Source: Candidatus Eiseniibacteriota bacterium (GTDB lineage Bacteria > Orphanbacterota > Orphanbacteria > Orphanbacterales > Orphanbacteraceae). Taken from it: a stretch of 59,765 bases of DNA. Position 1 is the stretch's first letter; every line of letters begins with the position of its first letter. The position numbers were made by a program, and so were the translations under genes. The stretch is from positions 1 to 59,765 of the forward strand of contig JBDROZ010000109.1 in the NCBI GenBank assembly GCA_043809585.1, in the 5' to 3' direction. Under the pieces are notes generated by a model. The model made no database searches. It was not told where the DNA came from and saw only the letters and a program-made list of their open reading frames with translations. Below, piece by piece: positions 18,701 through 27,866 of the stretch.

Positions 18701-19036
18701 CTGATCGCGGACATGAACCTCGCCGAGGCCGTGCAAACAAATCTGGAGGAGAGACTGTCTATTCTGAATGCGAATCCGAAGGCCAAGGCCGAACTGGGAA
18801 TCGTGATTCGTGGCTACATCGTCCCTGGAGGTGTTTTCGCCGAAAGAACCTCGACCGACGGAAGCGAAAAGCCCCGGACCGTGCAACCCATGGAATACCT
18901 TATCGTCCGTGAGTTGATCAATCGCTACTGGAAGGGTGTTGATTGGGACTCGATAGAGTATGAGGAAGCCGAGAAGAGCATTGCAGAGCGTACCGAACTC
19001 CGCGAGGGAGGATTGAGGGCGTTGAAAAGTGCTTGA
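15770..19036 (+). CDS. Tubulin/FtsZ-like GTPase (Tubulin_2 type) with long helical C-terminal region
   Basis: IIGLGGTG, LYLDTD, GAGQMRAYGRLAF and signature SVAGGTGGG; GGAGG RBS. Confidence 0.92.
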   Translation: MNETGTTKDKTRKAPAVIIGLGGTGAEVLLRVRRKFFEASATLSLEEFPIVRYLYLDTDEADKQIARYNQHLFNFKQSEQFMTTIDHWASFTHQLQDFSTLRKWWYEDQVDLLQPALNAGAGQMRAYGRLAFWHHAAAIRNAVGSAIDSAKSPASRKKMTDQGFTVTSERTEIYLVCSVAGGTGGGMLFDMGYLLRDISKGKLSINAFIVLPSSFLGIPEVKEEKVKANGYAALKELEYYCSRGLRKSVFDDKWQDNRPTSPIFQTSPFDRIFLFDANNEGNQSLAEHVARGGLTDMIADNIYLDYGLSKFAEEKRSVYVNHDQFLQGEYPWIHHDPVSGKDVLTEVWIKAFQSLGIAKIYVPIHRIKKACACRLWSKVFNLLGAGEFEGDVAKIRDGLLAKGDVPAHVGRRRIDERERKVDDFRAHLEKSTSEGKSLERVISERVLEIQMSIQRGDAEKESEERHEFLERKIKGLYDRLFVEPSKSKKDYQEWGEVFRQIELNRRNYEKELEKSLRKLTDNLMSDAEKGIGYASEVLRSFHSYFTHETHGYCHVFEDRIKSAEKFVEAASREYQARVLALQQHEAWGVMDGPFLKGSTIRYDIKMAGKAANDYFQAIFDRRILEASKEICEAMVEVIGESDKAEWTGLLGNLQKLKMNLDALADGMAIRERQFSEKEHDPVNRCIYEEEQLRDRYFPMALGLKKEDWKNKKVIEGACRDMAPRLLMDLEVTIDEVVRHGIKVKEIPEVADALGLDDFQIALISQSLRHFSKLDEVNVIDVFLEDVPAADQGGMIEELLDLALPWFQKDAQHVGSPEITSTVVGCHRENKPSHQAWWAQTSQSVKAKFPKLTEREMAEKDTIIFFSQMTGFPLCYGSSVRDLRTHYEELVRGDHDRLHISKDEIKYPDLVKLDEQAWMKLRRAKELFILGIATGVIRERKEPVAGTESQRTMYFYEYMEFGEKFQKDIGTVNTVIRQLIADMNLAEAVQTNLEERLSILNANPKAKAELGIVIRGYIVPGGVFAERTSTDGSEKPRTVQPMEYLIVRELINRYWKGVDWDSIEYEEAEKSIAERTELREGGLRALKSA

Positions 19037-20486
19037 TCGTAGGATCAGGAGCGTCGTAATCGGAGCGCTGGCGTGGAGCGCTCTGTGCTCTGCGCTCCCC
19101 GGACCGGCGTTCGGGGGCTCCCTATCCAGTCCGGTGGTTGTCCGGCTGAATCAGTTCGACGTCGTAAATCCCACCGAGGGCTTGGATCTCACGGAAGAAG
19201 AGATCACAGAGTTCTTGTGCGAAAAGCTGCGAAACCGGAGCGACTTCGAGCTTGTAATAGAGGCCCCTGAGTCTCTTTCCCTGATCGACTACGACCTACT
19301 GGTCACCGTTGAATGGCGGGAGCCCGGTCCGGAAGGCCATCACCTGGACCTCGATATGGACCTTCGGAATTCCCGCAAGGGCGAATCCGTGAAAAGCGAT
19401 CGGAAGGTCGACTTGTCTCTCACCGAAGGGCAGGAGGCGCTGGACCGTTTCGTGCGAGAATTGCGGGGCAGCCTGAGGATTCTATGCACGAACTATGAGA
19501 ACGCACGCGTGAGTTTCGATCGCCAGGTCGGGGTCGCGCCCTTCGACAGCGTGGGCATTCTCCTTGGCACGTATAACGTCAGCGTCTCCCATCCTCCAGA
19601 GGCGATCAAGGAGTCGCGTTTGGTTACGATAAGCAACGGATCCCGGATGACCGAGAGTTTTTCTCTGGAGGAGAGACCGACCCTCCTGCGGATTCGGACG
19701 ACGAACGGGGAAGGCACGGTCTACCTCAACGGGAGGTCGGTCTTCGACACATACAAGACGTACAAGAAGCAGGTGGTCGAGCTGAAAGCACGGCCCCGCG
19801 GGAAGGGAGCGACCCTCCGGAAGCGTTTGGTTCTGGAGAAGCATGAGGACTACGACATCGTCGTCGATCTCCGGCGCCGCACCGTAACGGGGAAGCATCC
19901 TCCAAAGGTGATCGGACCCCGGCGGCCCTTCCTTCACACGAGCGCCTACCTGGGAATCGGGTATTCCGTGGCGATCCCCGAGGACCCCGGGCTGGAGGAG
20001 AACTTCAAGGTTTTCCACAACCTATCCGTCGACGTGGGCGGGTGTCTCGGTCTCTTCGCCGGGCAGACCACGTTCTTCATCGGAATCCCCCAGAAGAACT
20101 TCAGCGGTCTGACGTTTTCGGACGGGGCGCAGGAGGAACAGGAGATCAAGTCTCTCTATAGGGACGGGATCAGCGTGGAAGGGCGGTTCATTCTGCCGCT
20201 CGGGCGAGTGGGGGACAACGCGGTGTATCCCTTCGGGGGAATCGGCTACATGTGGGCGTGGTTCATCGCCTCCGCGGACGAGTGGAGAGGAGTGGACGGG
20301 GAGTACCACGGGGCAGGCGACCCCGGGATCAAGGTCGAGTCGTTCTATCCGTTTTGGACGGCCGGATTGAACTTGGGCAGGTTCGCGGTTGCCGGCAGGG
20401 TCTCCATCCTGGACCCGGGCGAATACGAGTCCAATTGGCTCGAGTTCGGCCTCACGTGGAATCCCGTAGAGGAGATACGAGATTGA
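19029..20486 (+). CDS. Exported PEGA-domain protein with probable C-terminal outer-membrane beta-barrel
   Basis: Signal peptide; GSLRILCTN..LGTYNVSVS and TLLRIRT..GTVYLNG; C-terminal alternating strands YPFGGIGY..LEFGLTWN. Overlaps the tubulin stop codon. Confidence 0.7.
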   Translation: MLDRRIRSVVIGALAWSALCSALPGPAFGGSLSSPVVVRLNQFDVVNPTEGLDLTEEEITEFLCEKLRNRSDFELVIEAPESLSLIDYDLLVTVEWREPGPEGHHLDLDMDLRNSRKGESVKSDRKVDLSLTEGQEALDRFVRELRGSLRILCTNYENARVSFDRQVGVAPFDSVGILLGTYNVSVSHPPEAIKESRLVTISNGSRMTESFSLEERPTLLRIRTTNGEGTVYLNGRSVFDTYKTYKKQVVELKARPRGKGATLRKRLVLEKHEDYDIVVDLRRRTVTGKHPPKVIGPRRPFLHTSAYLGIGYSVAIPEDPGLEENFKVFHNLSVDVGGCLGLFAGQTTFFIGIPQKNFSGLTFSDGAQEEQEIKSLYRDGISVEGRFILPLGRVGDNAVYPFGGIGYMWAWFIASADEWRGVDGEYHGAGDPGIKVESFYPFWTAGLNLGRFAVAGRVSILDPGEYESNWLEFGLTWNPVEEIRD

Positions 20487-21028
20487 TGGTGAAGGCGAAA
20501 CCCGTCGTTCATCGGGGTGTCGTTGTACCTCTCTTCGTCATGTCGATCGCCGCGATTCTCTCTTGCGAGGGACTCGAGGACGGGAAACTCATCGCCCCCG
20601 CCCTGTTCGGATCTCTCGGGGAGACGGTCCATCTAGAAGCCTCACCGGGGATGGTCGTTCAGGAAGGAGGCAACAGCGGTGCGACGTGGATTCGATGCTC
20701 GCAGCAAGGGAGAATCGCACACCTTGAGGTGTACGTAGATCTCGTTCACGGGGATCTCGATGACATCGTTGTCCAGTTGGCCTCTCCCCAAGGAACGTCG
20801 GTCTACCTCCACTACTTCGACCACTCCTCAAGGGACCAGGGGTACTATTCGACATCGGATATCGCGGCCTGGTACGAGCGCGAGATGCCATGTCATACCA
20901 ACGGGGATCTACAGGCGTTTCGCGGGGAGCTGAGCTCGGGATTCTGGACCATTCGCGTGTACAACTACGACGAATACTGGGACGCCACCCTTTACGAGTG
21001 GCGTCTGGACATCACGCTGCACGACTGA
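20486..21028 (+). CDS. Lipoprotein with proprotein convertase P-domain
   Basis: Lipobox ILSC; VYVDLVH..DIVVQLASPQGT..L; LQAFRGE..SGFWTIRVYN..LYEWRL. ATG overlaps the upstream TGA. Confidence 0.85.
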   Translation: MVKAKPVVHRGVVVPLFVMSIAAILSCEGLEDGKLIAPALFGSLGETVHLEASPGMVVQEGGNSGATWIRCSQQGRIAHLEVYVDLVHGDLDDIVVQLASPQGTSVYLHYFDHSSRDQGYYSTSDIAAWYEREMPCHTNGDLQAFRGELSSGFWTIRVYNYDEYWDATLYEWRLDITLHD

Positions 21029-21056
21029 GCGGAAACTGAACCGAGGTTCTTCGTCA

Positions 21057-23905
21057 TTGGCGGTCCCCGTACCGACTCGAACGTTCTCTTCCCCCGCCGG
21101 ACGGGTTGACCAGCCTGGGGTGTCGTCACGGTCCGCTCTTCTCGCGACGGGTTTCCTTCTTCTCTGCGTCGGTGTCGCCCCGGCGCGTCCGTCCTCAGCA
21201 GGCTATCTTGATGGCGTCGCACTCCTCTCCCAGGGAGAATGGGCAGAAGCCGCGGACGCCTTCGACCGAGTGCTCGCATTTGATCCATCTCATGACCGGG
21301 CCCGGGCGGGTTACGCACGGGCCGTTGTAGAGGCCCACAGACGTTTCGGTACTCTCACGGACCGTCTCCCCGAGGCCGAGAGGAGGCTCGGGCTCGCACT
21401 CAAGGCGAACGAGAAGCCCGAATGGCATCTGCTGATGGGGGATCTTCTCGCCTGCCGCGCGGAGAAGGAGGTCGATCCGCGGGGAAACCTCGAACGGTAT
21501 CGGCCGGAAACGGTCCGGGGGGCCCTCTCGCTTTGGAGTCGGGCCGGAGAGGAGTTCCGAAAGGGCGGGCGGCCGGAAGAGGCCGAAGAGGCGGGGGTGG
21601 AGGTGCGGCGGCTATCGGCGTTCGTGGAGCGCAAGGCGCAGGCCGTCGCCGATCGGGTAGCCAGCCTGTTCGGTCGCTTCCGGGCCGGAGAGATCCTGAG
21701 TCGCGAAGACATCGACGGGGCGGACCGGGAAATCGCGGGGGGACTGAGGTACGCGCCCCATTCGGAGAGGCTTCTCGGCCTTCAGGCAAGCGTCGTTTCC
21801 GTTCGCAAGGAGGCCCTGGCACGCGCATGGGCAAAGGTACTCGAAGCCCGGAGGGACAGCCGTTGGGGCGATTCGATCGTGTGGGCGGAGTGGGTTCTCG
21901 ATATCGATCCGGGGGACCTCCGGGCCCTTGAGGCTGTTCGGGAGGGGCGTTTCGAAGAGATAGCGCAGACAGCGGTCACTCTCTTGGAGAGGTGCGAGCA
22001 GGGCGAGAATCCCGGCGGGGTGGAGTTCCGCTCGGCCTATCGGGATCTCGGCGCGGCCCGATCGGAGATGCCCGATAATCGCCGCGCGGACAGCCTCGAT
22101 GCGGCACTCAAAGCTGCATTAGAGGGGACCACAAGGCTGCTGATCGGTCTGATGGACGGTGCGCTCGAGGGAAAGCGCTGGGAGGAGGGTCTGGGGTACT
22201 CCGATCGTGTTCTCGATCTCGAGCCGGAGGTCGTGAGAGCCGTTGCCGGGGGCAATCGGGCGCGATCATACCTCGAGGTAATCCGGAGAGAGCTCGCAGA
22301 TATCAAGACCGCCGAGAAGACGGGCGACATGGTGCTCCTTCGGAGAAGCCTGGCCTGGCTCATCGCGGGCACGTCGGACCCGAATTCGTACGTGGATGGG
22401 GCGATTGCGGCGAATCAGGGCATCTTCGAGCAGTCGATCAAGAACAGGGACTGGGAGAAGGCGGAAGACTGCATCGAATTCGGTCTATCCAACGGCGACG
22501 ATACCGGGAACATGGAGAGTCGCCTCCTCCGGAATCGGTATCTCTACCATCTCCTGGGCGCCGCCGCGATCGTCCTCCTCCTCGCTGCCGGGGCCGTGGT
22601 CCTCGCGATCCGGTTCTCTCGAAAGCTGCGGGATAGACTGCTCGTGCGCCGCGTTCGGAAGAGAATCGACAACGGGGACCTCGAGAGGGCTTTCGGCGTG
22701 GTCTCGAAAGCGACGAATTCGGCGTCCAAGGGGCGGGCGGACCTGCTCGGCGGGCTTTGGTGTGATCTCCTGGAGTGCGCAGGGACAGAGGAAATCCTCG
22801 AGAGAGCCGGCGCCCGGAAACGGGTGACGATGTTCCTCGACCGGCTCTTCGGGGACACGTCGAACACAGGGATGAAGGTGCGACTGGCGAAGGGCTCGAT
22901 TCGAGTCGGCTGGCCATCCGTCTGGTGGAAGGAGGGGCTCGCCGCATTCCGGGAGAGGCGGGACTCCCTCCGGGTCCTCCAAGAGATGTGGGACTATCCG
23001 TTCAGATGTTTCAGGGTGGGGAGGGGACGCCCCTCCGGAGTCCCGGGAAGCCCGAGGACAGGATCGTGCTCTTCGAGGAGATGGCGAATGACGTGGAGGC
23101 ATGGCTCGGCCGTTTCGAGCAGAGGACCGGCGACCTGGAGGCCACGATCGGACCGTGCCTCCTGGACCCGGACGCCACCGCCGTGAGGCGGGTCTTGGCG
23201 GCATCCTACGCCCGGGAAGGGGACTGGAGGAGGGCCTCCCCCTATCTGTTGCCTTTCTTCGAGAGGGTCGAGGAATGGAAGAAGGCCGAGGAGCTCGGCG
23301 ACTTTCAGAGGAGCTGGTCCGCGCACGTCGCGGCCCGATCCTGGGCCCTTACCCGTGACGAAGCCGGGCCGCTCGCGGAGCTCTTGGCCCGGGGCCTCGT
23401 GGAGGAGGATCATCGTGAGGACTGCAGGGGCCGGTTGTACGAGTATTTGGACGGCCTGACAGAATACATGGCCGCGGAGTCAATCCGGATTCTCGAGCGC
23501 ATCTTCCGAACCGGAGCCCTTCCCCTCGATGGCCGCCTCCGGCTCGGTCGCGCGTACCGGATTCGGGGAGAGCGGCTGGAGGAAGAGAGCGGTCTCTTCC
23601 AGGACACGGTCACCCTCTCTCGGGATCTGGATCTGTGGCTCTACTACCTTGAGGTCATCGGTCGCCATGGAGCCGTCGGTCATCTCGAAGAGACGATTGT
23701 GAAGGGAGACGGGGACTGCGGGATTGCGGTGGTTCGGCTCGAGGGGACCGTCGCCCGTATCCTGGTCGACTGCAAGACCGCCACGACGCGGCTCGGCCCG
23801 CTCCCTAGTGGATCCCCCGCGGCCGAGGAGAATCCGCAGGCGGCGGGCGCGGTCCTCCCTGGCTCCGACGAGCATAACGGGAACCGTGGCCCCGGGGTAC
23901 CCTGA
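21057..23905 (+). CDS. TPR-like/TM/cytoplasmic helical protein, split by an apparent 1-nt frameshift near 22998-23003
   Basis: ORF 21057-23186 aligns by eye with paralog 23929-26382 up to WDYP. Similarity continues in the 22775-23905 frame (QMFQG..EEMANDVEAW vs EILQG..EAMADDVRAW). Confidence 0.75.
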
Positions 23906-23928
23906 TTCGGGTATACTGATCCCTCCGG

Positions 23929-26382
23929 ATGAACGAGGCCGGGATCGAAAGGAAACCGCACGACATGGGTATTCAGCGGGTCATGGATCGCCCACCTGCC
24001 GTCGGTATGCCGGCCGCGTCGGTTTCACTCGTTTTCGTCTTACTCGGTCTGCTCACTGCTATCTCGGACGCCGGACCCGCTCTCGCCCAGACCCCGACGA
24101 CCATGTACATCGAGGCCAACGCGGTCATGGGCGGAGGGCGCTACGAGGACGCAGCCGGTCTTTTCGAACAGATCCTCCGAATCGACTCCGGTCATCACCG
24201 CGCCCAGGCGGGGTACGCGAGCGCGGTCTTCAGCGCCCACTCGTTTCACGGCCGCATGACAGACCGCCTCCCTCTCGCCGCGGAGAGGATCGCCTCCGCG
24301 ATTCAGTCGGAGGCCCGTCCAGAACGTTGGAAGCTCTTGGGCGATATCCAAAAGGCGCGTGCGCTAGGCATCTGGAATCCGAATCAAGCCCCGGACACGG
24401 TTTCGCCGGGTTCGCTTCAGGCGGCCCGCGGATTGTGGGCTCGAGCGGCGACCGCTTACAGGCAGGCGGGAAAATCCTTGGACGGGGGCGAGACCGAACG
24501 GGTTTCGAATCGGATCGACACGTACCTCGCCGATCGCTACGAATCCGCTTTGCTCCCGGGACGGAATCTCCTCGGCAGATGCGCGAGCGGATATCTCCCC
24601 GTCCGCAGCGAGTTCAATGAGTGCCGGGAATCGGCCGAGGCGGGCCGTCCCTTCCTGCCGGACGACCCGCGGCTAGATCGCCTCGTCTCGGACCTGGCGG
24701 CGGCACGGCGGCGAACGCTCGACGAGTTGGCTTCCCTGGCGAACCGGGCGTCCGAAGGAAAGCACTGGGAGGAACTCAAGAGGCGCGCTGATCATATGCT
24801 CGATTTGGATCGGTCGGATCAGCGGGGATTCGGGTTTCTCGCGAAGGCCGAGGAGTACCTGCGCCTCATCGATCAGAATGGGCAGGATCTCCGGACGGCC
24901 GAGAGCAGCGGCGACCACGAGCTTCTGCGTCGGACAGCCGACTGGCTGATTGAGAATACCGACCGGCCGGAGGAGTTCATCTCCAAGGTAATGGCCGCGA
25001 ACGAAGGGATCTTCCGGGACGCCATCGGAACCAAGAACTGGGAGAAGGCAGAAGGGTGCCTCTCGTTTTCCGAGCGGTACGGCTGGGACATGGGCAGGAT
25101 GAAGGTCGAGCTGTTCTTCTATCGACATCTCTACTATCTGGTCGGCGCCACGATTGCGGTTTCGGCTCTCGTCTTCGCTGTGCTCTACCTTCTTGCGAAG
25201 AGGCGACGGCGGAAGAAGGAGGACGAACTGGTCAAGGGCGCCGATGAGCACATTCTCTCTCTCGACCTTGCTTCCGCCTGGAGATCGGTCTCGGAGGCGT
25301 GGGAAACGGATGGGGAGGGGAGAGGCGACCGGCTTACAGTGAGGCTCTGCCAGATCGTCGAGAGTCCGGGATTCCCCGAGTGGGCGGTCCTGGACGACAA
25401 CAAGGAAGGGATCCTCGCCTTTCTTTCGGAGGGATTCGAGGCGGCTAGTGATCCGGAACTGAAGGTTCGAGCCGCCCGGGCCCGGGGAAACGCCGGTTGG
25501 TCGGAGGACTCGTGGAGCGAGTCGCTGTCCATCCTTCGCAGATGGAGAGACGCCTACCCGGTTATCGACGGTCTCTGGCGTTTGCCTCTCGAGATCCTTC
25601 AGGGCCAGGGGCCGTCCTGGCTCTGGTATCCCGACGACGGGGAGCAAAGGCGCGCGCTCCACGAGGCCATGGCCGACGACGTACGCGCCTGGGTCCGCAG
25701 ATCTCCGAAAACGGCGGCGGATCTCGGGACCGTCATTGAGAAAGCCCTGACCGACGCGTCGGCGGGGGCCGTGAGATGGGCCTACGGACTCGAGTTTGTG
25801 AGTCTGGAGATGTGGTCGGAAGCGGAGCATCATTTGCAGGGGTTCCTCTACGGTCGTGAGGAGTGGCCCGATGAAGACGGACTGGACGAGCTCCGCGTCA
25901 CGTGGGCCCGGCGCCTCACGTCGAAACCGGAACCCCTGTCGGATGAGGAGGCTGCGCTCTTCGCGCGTGTTCTCTCCAGTGCTCGCGCCGACCGGGAGGA
26001 GCGGGCCTCGTGGCATCTCCGAGTCGCCGCCTATCTAAACGGGCTCGGATCGGAGAGGCGGGCTGGAGAGACGATCTCGCTTCTCCTCGAACCGTTTCGG
26101 CGGGAGTCCCTTCCTCCGGAGGGGATCGAGATGATTGCCGCGGCTCTTCACGAGAGGGCCGCATGCGCGGAAGGAGAGTTGGAAGTCATTGCCGCGGCCC
26201 TCAGGGTACGGTTCTCCGAAGAGCACTTCCTCTACCTCGCGCGCCTGACGGCGCGATTCGAGGGCTGGGGGGCTCTGGAAGAACTCGTCCGGTCGGAGGT
26301 GGAAAGGCACTCGGTCGATGTGGTGAATCTGGAAAGCGCAACGCGCCAGGAGCTTGCAGCATCCCGATCCGCGAATCCCTGA
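23929..26382 (+). CDS. TPR-like/TM/cytoplasmic helical protein, paralog of the preceding gene
   Basis: Signal peptide; FEQILRIDSGHHRAQAGY; TM LYYLVGATIAVSALVFAVLYLLA followed by KRRRRKK. Start may be later (e.g. 24007). Confidence 0.8.
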   Translation: MNEAGIERKPHDMGIQRVMDRPPAVGMPAASVSLVFVLLGLLTAISDAGPALAQTPTTMYIEANAVMGGGRYEDAAGLFEQILRIDSGHHRAQAGYASAVFSAHSFHGRMTDRLPLAAERIASAIQSEARPERWKLLGDIQKARALGIWNPNQAPDTVSPGSLQAARGLWARAATAYRQAGKSLDGGETERVSNRIDTYLADRYESALLPGRNLLGRCASGYLPVRSEFNECRESAEAGRPFLPDDPRLDRLVSDLAAARRRTLDELASLANRASEGKHWEELKRRADHMLDLDRSDQRGFGFLAKAEEYLRLIDQNGQDLRTAESSGDHELLRRTADWLIENTDRPEEFISKVMAANEGIFRDAIGTKNWEKAEGCLSFSERYGWDMGRMKVELFFYRHLYYLVGATIAVSALVFAVLYLLAKRRRRKKEDELVKGADEHILSLDLASAWRSVSEAWETDGEGRGDRLTVRLCQIVESPGFPEWAVLDDNKEGILAFLSEGFEAASDPELKVRAARARGNAGWSEDSWSESLSILRRWRDAYPVIDGLWRLPLEILQGQGPSWLWYPDDGEQRRALHEAMADDVRAWVRRSPKTAADLGTVIEKALTDASAGAVRWAYGLEFVSLEMWSEAEHHLQGFLYGREEWPDEDGLDELRVTWARRLTSKPEPLSDEEAALFARVLSSARADREERASWHLRVAAYLNGLGSERRAGETISLLLEPFRRESLPPEGIEMIAAALHERAACAEGELEVIAAALRVRFSEEHFLYLARLTARFEGWGALEELVRSEVERHSVDVVNLESATRQELAASRSANP

Positions 26383-26471
26383 CCGGGCTCGCTCTAGGCC
26401 CCTGGCATACGTCTTCGTCTCATCCGGCGTCGTCGTCCGCCGGACAAGATGGAACGAGACCCAGGGCCTTC

Positions 26472-27848
26472 CTACTGACCCAGCGCCGCTTCCGCGACGC
26501 CCGGCGCCTCGGCGATGCAGTGGTTCATGCTGATGCCGCCGTAGGAGTTGCCGGCGATGTGGAGGCCCGGTTGGGCGGCGAGCCGCGCCCGGATCTCATC
26601 GAGCCGTGCCGTGTGCCCCGGCTCGTACTGGGGGATGCCCCGGCGGTAGCGGAAGATCCGGTGGATGTCGGGCTTCGCCCGGAGCCCCATGGCGGCTTGG
26701 AGATCCCGCGCCACGATCGCGAGAAGCTCCTCGTCGGGGAGGTCGACCGCCACCGGGTCGTGGGCGCCGCCGACCATGCTCCGGAGAAGGACGTGCGTCT
26801 CCGGCGCCCGGCGCTCTCCCCAGATCGACGAGGTCCAGAGGCAGCCGAGGATCCGGGGCCCCTCCCCCCGGGGGACGAGAAAGCCGAAGCCGTGGGGCGC
26901 TCTCTCCAAATCCTCCTTCCGGTAGGCCGTGGCGACCACGGCGATCGACGCCGACGGGATCGCCTCGAGTAGCGAGGCGAGCTCCCGGTCCACGCCCCCC
27001 ACCAAGCGGCCGGCGGCGACGGCGGGGCAGGAGAGGACGACGGTCTCCGCCCGCACCGCCTCCCGCCCCTCGATTTCGATCTTCCACTCCCGGCCCTCCC
27101 GGGAGAGGGCGCGGACCGGCGCTCCCGTGCGAAGCGAACCGCCGAGCTTCGCCGCGAGCGCCTCGATCAGGTCCTCCATACCCCCCGTGAACGAGGTGAG
27201 CCGCCCCCCCGGCCCCGCGGGACCGGACGACTTCGCCCCTTCCCTCTTCTTCTCCTTCCGAATCGCGAAGAGGGCCTTCACGAGCCCGCCGTATCTCGCC
27301 TCCAGCTCGGCCATGCGGGGGAAGGCCGCCCGGAGCTCGAGACGCTTCGCGTCCCCCGCGTAGACCCCGGAGACCATGGCGTCCACCATCACCCGGGCCG
27401 CTTCGTCGCCGATCCGGCGGGCCGCGAAATCGTAGACCGACTCCGACGGATGGCCCCCTCTCGGGACGAAGGGCTCCTGGAAGATGCGGAGCTTGCCGCC
27501 GATCGAGAGAAGCTTCGTCCCGAAGATGCCGGGCGGGCCCGTCGGCACCTCGTGGAGTCTCCCGGCGCGGAAGATGAAGCGGATCGCCGACGACTCCCGG
27601 CTCGGCAAGAGCCGGTCTTCGATGCCGAGTCGCGTCACCAGACCGAGGGTGGGGGGGGAGTTGTCGAGGAAGCCGTTCGGCCCCCACTCGAAGGCGAAGC
27701 CCTCCTCCCGGTCAGTGCGGATGTTCCCCCCCGGGCGGTCCGCCGCCTCGAGCACGAGCATGTCTTCCGGCGCGAGGCCCCTCTCCCGAAGCTCGAAGCC
27801 GACCGCGAGCCCCGACACGCCGGCGCCGATCACCGCGATTCGGGCCAT
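26472..27848 (-). CDS. hemY: FAD-dependent protoporphyrinogen oxidase (HemY type)
   Basis: IAVIGAGVSGL, EWGPNGF, GFGFLVP, GIPQY, GNSYGGI. Confidence 0.92.
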   Translation of the reverse strand: MARIAVIGAGVSGLAVGFELRERGLAPEDMLVLEAADRPGGNIRTDREEGFAFEWGPNGFLDNSPPTLGLVTRLGIEDRLLPSRESSAIRFIFRAGRLHEVPTGPPGIFGTKLLSIGGKLRIFQEPFVPRGGHPSESVYDFAARRIGDEAARVMVDAMVSGVYAGDAKRLELRAAFPRMAELEARYGGLVKALFAIRKEKKREGAKSSGPAGPGGRLTSFTGGMEDLIEALAAKLGGSLRTGAPVRALSREGREWKIEIEGREAVRAETVVLSCPAVAAGRLVGGVDRELASLLEAIPSASIAVVATAYRKEDLERAPHGFGFLVPRGEGPRILGCLWTSSIWGERRAPETHVLLRSMVGGAHDPVAVDLPDEELLAIVARDLQAAMGLRAKPDIHRIFRYRRGIPQYEPGHTARLDEIRARLAAQPGLHIAGNSYGGISMNHCIAEAPGVAEAALGQ

Positions 27849-27866
27849 GTCACTCTCCTCGTCATT

